Part shown: piece by piece, positions 18,405 to 28,011 of the stretch | Position numbering within the stretch: position 1 is the stretch's first letter | How the letters are laid out: each line of letters opens with the position of its first letter | Source: a virus | Taxonomy: Duplodnaviria; Caudoviricetes | DNA: 64,000 nt | Direction: 5' to 3' (one strand) | IMG/VR virus record: IMGVR_UViG_3300005937_000009 | Location: 1-64,000 of that record | Notes under the pieces: generated by a model | Told to the model about the DNA's origin: nothing | The model's database searches: none | What the model saw: the letters and a program-made list of their open reading frames with translations, nothing else | Made by a program: the position numbers and the translations under genes

Positions 18405-20658
18405 CTATCTTGAGTTCATCCAGCCGAGCGCTAACGCTATCCTGTGTGGCCATGCGGACCCGTACCGCCACGGTGCGCAGTTTTCGGACATTCATTTTCT
18501 TCCGGGCGGTCGTGACCACGGGAGTATTGACCCCGAAGGTAAGCTGGCCGCTCTGGGAATTGCCCCCGGCCTGTAGATCGCTGATCGGTACGGCGCCATC
18601 AGCCACCGAGCCGTAAATCTCGCAGACGATGTTAGCCGCCGTGCTGCGGCCAGCGGTCAAGATGAGTCCTTCGACAGTCTTATCAAACCCCTCCGCACCC
18701 ATATCCATGAACGGGGAAGCGGCGAAGACTTCGCCCACTTCGCCATTGGCCACCGAAACGGTATAGATATTGGTGGCTCCCGCATTGGTTGGAGATGCGA
18801 AATACATCACCCCCTGTACGGTCGCGGTCGAGGTCGCATAGGTCGGGTCAACATCGCTCAGATCTTCCATTCTGAGCGGTGGCCCCCAGACCCCCATGCG
18901 CAGCATAAATGGCAGCAATGTGCCGTAGCGCGCCGTGCCGCCTGATCGTGTGCCGTCGTCGGCGTGCATATAACAGATAGCCTCGATCTGCTGGTTATAC
19001 GCAACGGTGACTTTGCCGGCATCCCACGTTGACATGATCGAATCGACGGGAGCGGCAAAGGCATGCTCCGTTTCCACCTTATCCCCGAATGCCGCTGAAC
19101 GGGTCGCACCGTTGGTCGTGAAGGCGTAGAGATATCCGTTGGCAAACGCGATTGCTCGCGGGTTCCTGAATCCGACGGTCCAGAATGGCTTAGTGACCAA
19201 TGGCACATCAGGATCTCCGGAAGCCTCCGCGAAGTTGAGGGAATTGGCGGTCAGTAAATAGATCCGCTCCTGCGCCTGGTAATAGCCTATGATCGGGTCG
19301 GGCGGGTCGATCGCCACGGCGGAACGGGCAGGGTAGGCTTCGAAGTTGTAACCGCCCACGGTGCTCTTGGCCGGCCTGATCACCGGGCCGGGTGTTTCAT
19401 CGGCTGACCGGATCGTAAGCCCGGAAGCGGTCGCCAGCGCATTCGTGGCCACCGTCATCGATGTATTAGATGAAATTACCGTCACGCGGTAGAGCAAGTC
19501 GTTGATCCAGACGAAGCGGCCAACCGCCAGCTCTGAAGTGAACTGCGTCGAAGTGCCGGTGATGGTCGCGCTGGCCGCCGTCGTCGCCGCCGTCCCGCTC
19601 AAGACGCGCCCCGCGCCATTGCAGGAGATCAGAACCGGAAGGCCACCGAGCGAGGCGACGAAGCCGGCGGAGGTCGCCGGGTCGTTATCAAATTCAAGTA
19701 GATCATTCTGGGATACTTCGGCGTCGGCCCATTCGATCGTGACGTTACCGCCCCCGCTCGACACTTCGGCAGTCGTGATGAAGCGTCCGAAGTCATACCA
19801 TGGGCCTTGCGTCGGTGTCGTGTTGGTCGAGAGGGTAACGTAAACCTTCCATACGTCCTGGCCCGCTCCCGTGTCCATGGCCGGGAAAGTGATTTGCACC
19901 CGCTGGTTTGCCATGAGCGTTACCGATGCGCTGGGGCTGGCCTGGTTCCATCCCTTCGTGGCGCTTTTGGCCGAAACGATCCTAACGCTGTATGTCGTCG
20001 CGGCCATCTTCGTGCCGCCCGCGACATTCGCCAATGTCGGCGCGACCGGCGTGGTCATCCCGAGGCGATAGGGTGTGTAATTGCCGTTTCCCGGATTGTA
20101 GATAGCAAGCTGCGGTTGATCGGTCAGAGTCCAACCGCCCCCGGCCAGGACCGAACCATTAATGCGGACGGCGCCACGTCCCGCCCCCAGCAGATGCCCC
20201 TCTGGAAGGCGAACCACCGAACCTCGTATCAGGGTCAAAATGACGGTATCGAGCGCTTGAATCTGCTGCAAGATCGCAATCTGAATACCCGAACCGGTGG
20301 ACGCGGCAGCCGGGGAGACCTGCATGGAGGTATCCGAATCAATACGAAAGACCGTATAGACTCGGCTGCTGATTGCTATCTCCTGCCCCGGCACAAATTC
20401 ACTTAAGAACTTGGTGCTTGTCCCCGTGACCGTATTGCTGCCGGTGGTGATGGCAGCGGTGCCGGTCGCCAGGGTATTGCTACCCGATGCGGCAAAGAGT
20501 CCGTATCCTGTGTACTGCTCCAGATACTTGAACTCCGAGCCGCCTTTCAGGATCACATTAAGCCCCTGGTAGATATAATCGGCCTGTTCGCCGGTAACTG
20601 GCGCCGTCGGGTAGTAGCCCTGAATCGGCCTGAAGACTGCCTTGTAGGGATTCGACAT
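18376..20658 (-). CDS. Tail nozzle / tail tubular protein B-like
   Basis: 760 aa, beta-rich, in the canonical position after the adaptor genes. Confidence 0.65.
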   Translation of the reverse strand: MSNPYKAVFRPIQGYYPTAPVTGEQADYIYQGLNVILKGGSEFKYLEQYTGYGLFAASGSNTLATGTAAITTGSNTVTGTSTKFLSEFVPGQEIAISSRVYTVFRIDSDTSMQVSPAAASTGSGIQIAILQQIQALDTVILTLIRGSVVRLPEGHLLGAGRGAVRINGSVLAGGGWTLTDQPQLAIYNPGNGNYTPYRLGMTTPVAPTLANVAGGTKMAATTYSVRIVSAKSATKGWNQASPSASVTLMANQRVQITFPAMDTGAGQDVWKVYVTLSTNTTPTQGPWYDFGRFITTAEVSSGGGNVTIEWADAEVSQNDLLEFDNDPATSAGFVASLGGLPVLISCNGAGRVLSGTAATTAASATITGTSTQFTSELAVGRFVWINDLLYRVTVISSNTSMTVATNALATASGLTIRSADETPGPVIRPAKSTVGGYNFEAYPARSAVAIDPPDPIIGYYQAQERIYLLTANSLNFAEASGDPDVPLVTKPFWTVGFRNPRAIAFANGYLYAFTTNGATRSAAFGDKVETEHAFAAPVDSIMSTWDAGKVTVAYNQQIEAICYMHADDGTRSGGTARYGTLLPFMLRMGVWGPPLRMEDLSDVDPTYATSTATVQGVMYFASPTNAGATNIYTVSVANGEVGEVFAASPFMDMGAEGFDKTVEGLILTAGRSTAANIVCEIYGSVADGAVPISDLQAGGNSQSGQLTFGVNTPVVTTARKKMNVRKLRTVAVRVRMATQDSVSARLDELKIDGEIDTVSY

Positions 20659-21257
20659 TACGATTTGCTGGCGGGTTCGCTCGAAACGCCTATCTGGCCG
20701 CGCAAGCGGATCGCCAGACGATCTTTCAGGTTGTTCTCAATCTCCGGGTCAATTTCGGTGTTGAGATCGCTCTTGGCCGGGATATGGATCACATTCAAAG
20801 TCAAAGGGCTGGTGGTATCGGTAAAGCCCCCGGTGGAGATGGCGCGGGTGTGAATCTCGCTCACGCCTGATGTGTTCCCCTCGATGCAGTAATAGCCGAA
20901 TAGATAGGGAGCGGGGAGGGTGAGCAGATCAGAGCGGTTGTGGACCCGTTGCAGGACGTTGCCATAGCCATTATTCGCGCTCGCGTCTGCGTCTCTCACC
21001 GTACCCTCTCCCATGTATTCGATGAGCACGGTTGCGGGCACCGTCCCGATACCGTTGGTCAAGATTACCGAGAACTCTTTCACCATCCTGGCGCGCAGCC
21101 GTGGATTACCGTGCAGGACCGCCGCGAGTTCCTGAATCGCGCTGTCAAAGATTGATTCCGCCTCAAGGGTCAACTTCTGGATGGGTGCCGTGTCCGGGTC
21201 CATCCCCGCTATCGCAATATCGATCGATTCAAGAATGATCTGGTTGAGAGTCGCCAT
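20658..21257 (-). CDS. Head-tail adaptor / tail tubular protein A-like
   Basis: MATLNQII...helical ends with a beta core; position; TAATG coupling. Confidence 0.5.
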   Translation of the reverse strand: MATLNQIILESIDIAIAGMDPDTAPIQKLTLEAESIFDSAIQELAAVLHGNPRLRARMVKEFSVILTNGIGTVPATVLIEYMGEGTVRDADASANNGYGNVLQRVHNRSDLLTLPAPYLFGYYCIEGNTSGVSEIHTRAISTGGFTDTTSPLTLNVIHIPAKSDLNTEIDPEIENNLKDRLAIRLRGQIGVSSEPASKS

Positions 21258-21985
21258 TAAGCCGCCGTCCCCAGCATCAATTGAGGTATGCCCGTGGAGC
21301 CCGCCGCGATCATCGCCAATCCCGCCTGGTAGTAGCCCGCGAACGTCCCGGCCTGATCCAGGTTCTTGCCGTTGACGGTGGCCGCCGCGACCGCTCCCGC
21401 GACGATCAGATCCGCGAGCACATCGGGAACCGTGATATTGCCCGATGCCACGGCTGATACCTGGTCGCTGCGTTCGTAGACGCAGACATCAATCGTAATG
21501 TTCGTGGTCGTATGCCAGACTTGGCCCCCGCTGATCGTCCATAACCACGGGTTGTTGGTGTAGATTCCAGAATTGTTCTTGTATTTGCTGATCCGCTGGA
21601 CGCTGGCCCGCGTCAAGAGTTGGTCGGTGTCGCTCGCGTCGTAAGCCTCACCGAAAGCGCCGATGATGTTTTTGCCGGTAGAACCGGTCGTCGGCAGGTT
21701 GGCGCCGTGCGAGAGGTTCGATGTCTTATCCCGGAAGAATCCGCGCCATGGGTGGTTCCCTATCCCCTCCCGGTTTACGCAAGAGGCGATAGCCAGCGCA
21801 ATTCGGCCATGAGCGTTGATGGCTAGATCTTGCAGGAAGGCCAAAGGGTAGACCACATCATCAATGGTCGATGTGGTGTGCGGCGTGGTCGCGTAATTGG
21901 TCGCCGCCGCTGATGCGGTCGCGCCCGCGAGGGCGTTGACGTGCTTTGCGATCTCCGAAACGAGTTTCGCGTAGGTAGTGGACAT
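21257..21985 (-). CDS. Putative adaptor/stopper virion protein
   Basis: MSTTYAKLV...helical ends with a beta core; located in the tail module. Confidence 0.45.
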   Translation of the reverse strand: MSTTYAKLVSEIAKHVNALAGATASAAATNYATTPHTTSTIDDVVYPLAFLQDLAINAHGRIALAIASCVNREGIGNHPWRGFFRDKTSNLSHGANLPTTGSTGKNIIGAFGEAYDASDTDQLLTRASVQRISKYKNNSGIYTNNPWLWTISGGQVWHTTTNITIDVCVYERSDQVSAVASGNITVPDVLADLIVAGAVAAATVNGKNLDQAGTFAGYYQAGLAMIAAGSTGIPQLMLGTAA

Positions 21986-22426
21986 CTATAGACCGCTGAT
22001 GCTATCGCCGATAATATAAATATCAGCCGTGGCCGCGCCGCCCTGCGGGGTCGTCAGTGAAAGATAGAGGGTGGTTTCGGTGCGTCTGTCGGTGCCAAGG
22101 ATCGCGGCCAGTGTGCAATCAAGAAACTTGGTAGAACCGGTGAGGGCGGTATAAATCTGGGTATTCGCCACAATCGCGGTAGTCTTTCCCGTCGCCGCGT
22201 AGAATCCTCCGACAGCCGTTGTCAAGCTGGTCGATGGATTTGTCACGATGATTTTTCGAATAATATAATTGCTGCTGTTGATCAAAATGGCCTGGTCAGC
22301 CGTGCTGTTCATATTGGCGGACTTCAGCACGCCCAGCACACCGGTCATCTCGCTTACGACTTTTCGTTGTGGTGCGGTGAAGGACGAAAAGAGGAGAAGA
22401 ATACAGAGAGGTAATAGAAGCTTCAT
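21986..22426 (-). CDS. Tail-module protein with a signal-peptide-like N-terminus
   Basis: ATG at 22426: MKLLLPLCILLLFSSFTA, then a Thr/Ala-rich beta domain. Confidence 0.65.
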   Translation of the reverse strand: MKLLLPLCILLLFSSFTAPQRKVVSEMTGVLGVLKSANMNSTADQAILINSSNYIIRKIIVTNPSTSLTTAVGGFYAATGKTTAIVANTQIYTALTGSTKFLDCTLAAILGTDRRTETTLYLSLTTPQGGAATADIYIIGDSISGL

Positions 22427-22427
22427 A

Positions 22428-22937
22428 TCAATTAACTGTTGCCGTTCCGGTCGCGGCCGTGGCAATCCATTGGGTTGCCGAGATCGCCGTAAGGCTGAGC
22501 GATGAGCCCACGGCATCGAGCGTTACATTGCCCGCCGCCGCTGATTGAGAGGCGCCTACCTGAATCGTGGTCGATGCTCCCGCCGTGATAGTTACCGTCT
22601 GGTTTGCGTCCCGATAGAAGATGTATCGAAGCCCCGCCGCCGCCGTCGGCAAAGTGAAGTTGACGCCCGCACCCGCGCCCGTGTTGGTGAAGAAAGTACC
22701 GGCGTCGGTGGCCAGCACCGTATAACCGGTGGTCTTTGCCGTCACCGTCACGTTTCCCGCCCCTGAGAAGGTAAGCAGATTATTGCTTCGGGTCAGGCTG
22801 TTATTTGGAAAGACGACCTTAGCCGGATTGGTGACTTTGGGCGAGCCGTCGGCCTCCTGAAAGATAATCGGGCTCGCGGTCTGCATCGCGGCCACGAACG
22901 GCAGCAGCAGCAGTATAAAGAGCGAACGATATTTCAT
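22428..22937 (-). CDS. Tail fibre/spike-like protein with a signal peptide
   Basis: ATG at 22937 (TAATG coupling): MKYRSLFILLLLPFVAA; QEADGSP..FPN.SLTR motif; TVTAKTTGYTVLATD...FTLPTAAAGLRY fibre-tip pattern. Confidence 0.7.
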   Translation of the reverse strand: MKYRSLFILLLLPFVAAMQTASPIIFQEADGSPKVTNPAKVVFPNNSLTRSNNLLTFSGAGNVTVTAKTTGYTVLATDAGTFFTNTGAGAGVNFTLPTAAAGLRYIFYRDANQTVTITAGASTTIQVGASQSAAAGNVTLDAVGSSLSLTAISATQWIATAATGTATVN

Positions 22938-23965
22938 TAGTTCCTTAAGGATGTGCGCCATGCGCCCGTGGTGTTATCGTAGATCACATCGGCGCATTTG
23001 TTAGCCGCAAGTGTCAGGGCTGCTCCTGTAGAGTTCAGAAACCGGTTAGCCGCCGTCGAGGATGCCGATTGATGTTGAAAGACGATGTTTTGAGCCCCCA
23101 CATTGCAAATGACGTGCGTTTGCCCATCTACCTGCGCCGTGCTGAAGGTGAGCCCGGTAACATTGCGGGAAGCATCGGAAGACCAGCGCTGAAAGTAGGA
23201 AGTGCCGCCGGGGTTGTAATTATTCTGGTCGGCGGTGATCTGCGCGGGAGTGGTCGCCACGGCGCGAAAGGTGCCGCCCACCGTCGTTGCGCTGGTATGC
23301 AATCCGGTGACGCCGGGAGCCGCACGATTGAGTCCCGTATCCTGCGTGTCGTACCAGTTATTACCGTTCGTCCACCACAGTTTGGCCCCTGAACTGAACG
23401 CCATGCCTGCATTGGCCGGATTGAATGACGTGAATGCCGCCAGTTCGTTTCCGCTTCCGGAATCGAATGTCACGAAGGCGGGACCATAGGTTGAACCACC
23501 CTTGTAAATCCACCAGAGGTCCGCGCCGTTCTCCTGAATCAAAATATGCTTGGATGCGGACGCGGCGGCAGTAGGGGTGATGTTCGATTGCCAGGTAATG
23601 AAGGTCACACCGGCATTGTTCCATGTCGCGGTGTGGGTAAAGGCCGGTGTGCTGCTGGTCAGCGTCCCCTGATTTAACGTCGTGGTCCCGCTAACCGTCC
23701 CGCCCCCGGTGTAGGTGATCTGGCTTCCACTCCGGGTCAGGCTGCCGTTAGGGAAAATGAGCTTTGTAGCATTGGTCTGCGCGGGCGAGCCATCAGCCTC
23801 TTGGATCTTGAGGGGTGGAACAGTCTGCAAAAACGGCAGAAAATCAACCGGAATCCGCAGATTGACTATCGCCTTTTTGCGCGGCGCTTCCCGTTCAGGC
23901 TGCTGAGACAGGCCGATACCGGCCATGGCGCAGAGACAAAATACGATAAGAATAGAACGCTGCAT
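22937..23965 (-). CDS. Tail fibre-like protein with a signal peptide
   Basis: MQRSILIVFCLCAMAGIGLS|QQ; shares the QEADGSP...FPNGSLTR motif with its neighbour. Confidence 0.7.
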   Translation of the reverse strand: MQRSILIVFCLCAMAGIGLSQQPEREAPRKKAIVNLRIPVDFLPFLQTVPPLKIQEADGSPAQTNATKLIFPNGSLTRSGSQITYTGGGTVSGTTTLNQGTLTSSTPAFTHTATWNNAGVTFITWQSNITPTAAASASKHILIQENGADLWWIYKGGSTYGPAFVTFDSGSGNELAAFTSFNPANAGMAFSSGAKLWWTNGNNWYDTQDTGLNRAAPGVTGLHTSATTVGGTFRAVATTPAQITADQNNYNPGGTSYFQRWSSDASRNVTGLTFSTAQVDGQTHVICNVGAQNIVFQHQSASSTAANRFLNSTGAALTLAANKCADVIYDNTTGAWRTSLRN

Positions 23966-23969
23966 TCGA

Positions 23970-26228
23970 TTAAGGCGCGGTATATTTGATGAGGTCGGTT
24001 TCTACCTGGCTCAATACGGCGTTGGTGGTATTGGTCAGATTTTGACCGGTGGCCTTGAAGATCGCGGTTGAACTGGCGGTAAAACCGATACTGACCGTAG
24101 CCGTTTTAGTCGCAATCGCGGTGCCACTTGCATCGATCGTGCCGATGATGGTAGCCACGGCGCGCACGTTGGATGCATCGATTCTCGTGATGGTTCCCCA
24201 GACATGGACGCTTTGAGCCCCGCTGTTCGTCCATGAATGCTGCACAATCACGGTTCCATTGAAGAGAATCTGAAGGTTGCGGCCGACGTTATCGGCAGAA
24301 GTCAGAAAGACGCAATTGAAGTGCATTACGTCGCCATCGGTGCCGAACACATTAGCCGCGATCGTTTTCGAGTGTAGGTCCGTAACCGAATTACTTGAAG
24401 TCGATGAGGTCGCGGTATTGACATAGTACGCGCCACCCAACGTGATCGTATCGGTCGAGGGCGTTGAACCATTGCCTGCCCTCGTGGTGACTCTGCCGCC
24501 GTTATTTAAGGTGTAATAAATAGAACTGTTCTTACCCGCCGTAATGATATCGTTCGCGCCCGTGGTATTGACGCTCAATATCGGGTTGCCCGAGCCGCTT
24601 AAGGTGGCCCCTCCAAACGTCGGCGTAGAAGTCGTGGCAATGTCCTGCGGCGTTGATAACGTGGGATTGCCCGAGACCCCATCACCATTTGAGACGTTAA
24701 CCTGATTGCTCGTACCGGTGATCGTGCGGGTTGTCCATGTGCTCGTTCCCGTTCGCGTGGCTATTCCGTTGGTGCTCAATCCCTCGACCGCGTTCAAATC
24801 GTCGGCCAGGGCCAGGGTGGGATTACCTGAGACGCCGTTGCCATTCGTCACGGTGATACCCGCCGCTGGCCCTGTCAAAGTGCGCGTCGTCCATGTGTCG
24901 GTGGCTGTTCTTGTGGCAAGTCCGTTTGTCGAGAGCCCTTCGACGCCGGCCAGGTCGTTTGCAAGCGCGAGCGTGATATCCCCCGCGATGCCTGCGGGAT
25001 TCGTGATTGTGATGCCTGCTGCCGGTTGCGTCACTTGGCGCTGTACCCATGTATCGGTCGCGGACCTTACGGCAATCCCGGTGCTCGATAGTCCTTCCAG
25101 CGCGGCCAGGTCGTTTGCAAGTGCAAAGGTGGGATCGCCGGCAATGCCCGCCGGATTGGTGATGGTCAGGCCGGCTGCGGGCTGCTGCAACGTCCGGGCG
25201 GACCCGGTGCCGGTCCCCGTGCGCGCCCATAGGCCATTACTCGTATTCGATGCCAATGCATCAAGATCGCTATCAGCCGTGACATTGATCTTTGATCCGG
25301 TGTCGGCTGCGGTATAGCTCGATCCGACAAAGTTTAAGATGTTGCGCTGCGGGAGGTCTGATCCTTCCTCCTGAATCCGGGTGATGGAGCCGTTAACCGT
25401 GAGGGTTCCGCTTGAGATTGAGAACTCGGAAGCCAGGGTTAAACAATTCGTCGGCCTGCCCGATGAAGCGAAATAGACGAGCTGATTGACGGTGCAGGAG
25501 GGCAGAAAGTTATTGATCTCCTGCTTCGAATAGGCGTCTAACCCCGTCACGACCGGGGGCGGATTGACCGTGTTAAAGCTGCAAATGTCCGCCCATGACG
25601 TAGGATTGCTGGTCGAACTCAGCATAAAAGACGTGACGCAACCGGGAAAGTTCTGGATAAATCCCCCGGATTGTGTATAGAGCGCGGCAGACCATCGGGA
25701 AGTGGTAGGGCTGCCGTCGGTCGTGGCCGGAAGATCGAAGGCCGGAAGATAGAGCACATTGGTTGAGCCGTTGTTGACCACGGAGGCCGCAACACGGGTG
25801 TACCAATTGCCGCTCCCCAGAGTGCCGGGTTGAATGGGAACGCTCGACCCGAGAGGCGTGAAGGCTGGCCCCGTCAAATAGGTTCTCAAATGTACGAACT
25901 TATAGAGGGTTCCGCTATAGGTCGTAGTCGCATCAAGAAACGCGCTGGTCAGGGTCGCGGCGGATCTCGAGGGACAAGATGCGACCGTGTACGCCGTGCC
26001 GTTGATCAGGATGCGCCAGCCGGCCAACCCTACAACACTCTGCGGAAAGCATGAACTACATGTTAACGATGTGCTGGAAAGGGTCGCGCTGATCCCTGAA
26101 ATCGTCAGATCGCTACCGATGTCAGTACGGTTGAAGCCGTTGACTGTCGTTGCCCCGATTGTAATGTCGGTGGCCAGCGCTGGCCCGGTGAGCACGAAGA
26201 AAAGAAGGATAAAGAGCAGATATCGCAT
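23970..26228 (-). CDS. Long tail fibre with a signal peptide and four 52-aa repeats
   Basis: MRYLLFILLFFVLTGPALA|T; IQEEGSDLPQRNILNFVG fibre joint motif; DL..LEGLST.G.ATRT repeats. Confidence 0.75.
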   Translation of the reverse strand: MRYLLFILLFFVLTGPALATDITIGATTVNGFNRTDIGSDLTISGISATLSSTSLTCSSCFPQSVVGLAGWRILINGTAYTVASCPSRSAATLTSAFLDATTTYSGTLYKFVHLRTYLTGPAFTPLGSSVPIQPGTLGSGNWYTRVAASVVNNGSTNVLYLPAFDLPATTDGSPTTSRWSAALYTQSGGFIQNFPGCVTSFMLSSTSNPTSWADICSFNTVNPPPVVTGLDAYSKQEINNFLPSCTVNQLVYFASSGRPTNCLTLASEFSISSGTLTVNGSITRIQEEGSDLPQRNILNFVGSSYTAADTGSKINVTADSDLDALASNTSNGLWARTGTGTGSARTLQQPAAGLTITNPAGIAGDPTFALANDLAALEGLSSTGIAVRSATDTWVQRQVTQPAAGITITNPAGIAGDITLALANDLAGVEGLSTNGLATRTATDTWTTRTLTGPAAGITVTNGNGVSGNPTLALADDLNAVEGLSTNGIATRTGTSTWTTRTITGTSNQVNVSNGDGVSGNPTLSTPQDIATTSTPTFGGATLSGSGNPILSVNTTGANDIITAGKNSSIYYTLNNGGRVTTRAGNGSTPSTDTITLGGAYYVNTATSSTSSNSVTDLHSKTIAANVFGTDGDVMHFNCVFLTSADNVGRNLQILFNGTVIVQHSWTNSGAQSVHVWGTITRIDASNVRAVATIIGTIDASGTAIATKTATVSIGFTASSTAIFKATGQNLTNTTNAVLSQVETDLIKYTAP
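24645..25268 (-). repeat. Four tandem 52-aa (156-bp) repeats in the tail fibre gene
   Basis: DLDALASNTSNGLWART.../DLAALEGLSSTGIAVRS.../DLAGVEGLSTNGLATRT.../DLNAVEGLSTNGIATRT... Confidence 0.9.
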
Positions 26229-26229
26229 A

Positions 26230-26580
26230 CTATCCTAATAGACCATTGATCCTGGCGGTCACAGTCCCACCACCAACCACGTTAGCCGACAATCGAGCCC
26301 GGACCCATGCCAGCATGCCCGGATAGGTGCCGTGATAGGCAACGCCCCCGGTCAGCGTTGAAAGGTCGATTGAATCAAGTTCATGCCAGGTGCCTGTATA
26401 TGACGGGCTCTCAGAGTTGGTCTCTATCTTCAGAGTGCCTGATGAGATCGTACCGGCCCCAGCCACATCCCATGAGATCTGGCGGCAGTCATTCATGGCC
26501 TTCGTGGTGCCGGTGCCTGTCGTCGCCGCACTGAGGCTTAACGAATCATCGCTTGATGGCGGAAATTTAGAACCAACCAT
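26230..26580 (-). CDS. Small beta-sandwich virion protein
   Basis: 116 aa; GTLKIETNS...W...WVRARLS pattern; structural operon. Confidence 0.55.
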   Translation of the reverse strand: MVGSKFPPSSDDSLSLSAATTGTGTTKAMNDCRQISWDVAGAGTISSGTLKIETNSESPSYTGTWHELDSIDLSTLTGGVAYHGTYPGMLAWVRARLSANVVGGGTVTARINGLLG

Positions 26581-26592
26581 TGTATAGACTCC

Positions 26593-27375
26593 TTACCATC
26601 CATAGTTGCCGGTCATCCGGCCCACGGGCATAAAATCAAGCTCGTAATCGCGGCCCATGCCGAGCTTCTGATTGACTCCTTCACGGGTGGGCTGAGCCTT
26701 GAAATCGTTGAATTGCTTTTGATACTTGGTGATGGCGTTGCTGAGCACTAGCGCCAGCGCTTTACACTTCATCTCCCATGCATCCGTCTTCTCGGTCAGG
26801 GAGACCGCGCCCCATGCGCATGCGGGCAGGGCATCGAGCGCCGTTTCGCACCTGATCAGGTGATGAAAAGCGCTGATTCCGGGCGTATCCTCAAGGGAAC
26901 CGACATCGTAAAAGCAGTCGTACCAGATTTCGTATGTCACCGTCCCGCCTGGAATCGGGACAGGCCGCGCATACCATTGGGGAGCGGTCGCGGGCGTGCG
27001 GTAGAAAACGATCTCTACAGCGGAGTGCAATTGAGAGTTGTATTGCTGCGGCCCTAAATACCTGTATTCGGCATCCTGCATCAATGTGAAGGGGACTTCT
27101 CTCCGGACGTGGTAAGGGTCGCTAGCGTCCGTGGTATAGACCAGAAAAGGGCGCCCGAAGTCGGATGCGGTAATCAGATAATCCTCTGATCCTGATCCGG
27201 TGGTGAGCGTCGTATGATTCACTGCCCAATGCGCCCGCACGTTGGCGAGTTGTAGCGTGTGGTCCGCTATCTTCTCCAACAGGATGTTGAGCAATATATG
27301 CTGCTGCGGGGCGGAGGGGTCAGGCTCAAGCAATCGCTGCCTGATCAGCGCGAGATTAGTTGTGATGGAAGGCAT
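26593..27375 (-). CDS. Putative head-tail connector/adaptor protein
   Basis: 260 aa; GGAG SD; helical ends with a beta core; position. Confidence 0.45.
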   Translation of the reverse strand: MPSITTNLALIRQRLLEPDPSAPQQHILLNILLEKIADHTLQLANVRAHWAVNHTTLTTGSGSEDYLITASDFGRPFLVYTTDASDPYHVRREVPFTLMQDAEYRYLGPQQYNSQLHSAVEIVFYRTPATAPQWYARPVPIPGGTVTYEIWYDCFYDVGSLEDTPGISAFHHLIRCETALDALPACAWGAVSLTEKTDAWEMKCKALALVLSNAITKYQKQFNDFKAQPTREGVNQKLGMGRDYELDFMPVGRMTGNYGW

Positions 27376-27378
27376 GGG

Positions 27379-28011
27379 TTAGCTTGCGGCTTCGAAGTTG
27401 AAGACCTCTTGGGCCAGTCTTTTTGCGGCTATTTCACAGTATTTTTCTTCGATCTCTATTCCGATGGATTTGATGCCGAGATCTTTAGCGGCGCGGAGAG
27501 TCGTACCGCTGCCCATGAATGGGTCCAAAATAACACCCGCTGGCGCACCTTTGAGGATATAGCGAAACAATGCCAGAGGTTTAGGGCATGGGTGTGTATT
27601 CCCGCGACTATGATTTACTACATCTGGCAATGCGATGGCATCATTAGCAAAAGACCACCCATCACCGTATAGACTGATCGGTTCCCAGATGGAAAAGCCT
27701 TTTACATTACTGCGCCGTGTACTTCCTGGCTTATACCAGCATAGAGACCATTTAGGCTTCGGCAGATGCCACAGATTGCGGAATGACATGCAAATAGCCG
27801 CAGGAGATTCGTTTATCAGGCTTAAACATACTGGGAGGATGATTGATTGCCATTGTTCTGCCGTGTCTTCATATGATTGGTATTCAAACCCGACGCCGTA
27901 AGGTGGATCTGTCACGACCACGCCAACCGGGCCCAACTGCGGCAATATCTCTCTGCAATCACCGTGGTAGATCGTCGCGTATTCATCCTGATAATACGGC
28001 GTGAGGCTCAT
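27379..28011 (-). CDS. DNA amino-methyltransferase (N6-A/N4-C, beta class)
   Basis: YHGDCREIL, VTDPPYG (motif IV), HPCPKPL, ILDPFMGSGTT (motif I). Confidence 0.92.
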   Translation of the reverse strand: MSLTPYYQDEYATIYHGDCREILPQLGPVGVVVTDPPYGVGFEYQSYEDTAEQWQSIILPVCLSLINESPAAICMSFRNLWHLPKPKWSLCWYKPGSTRRSNVKGFSIWEPISLYGDGWSFANDAIALPDVVNHSRGNTHPCPKPLALFRYILKGAPAGVILDPFMGSGTTLRAAKDLGIKSIGIEIEEKYCEIAAKRLAQEVFNFEAAS

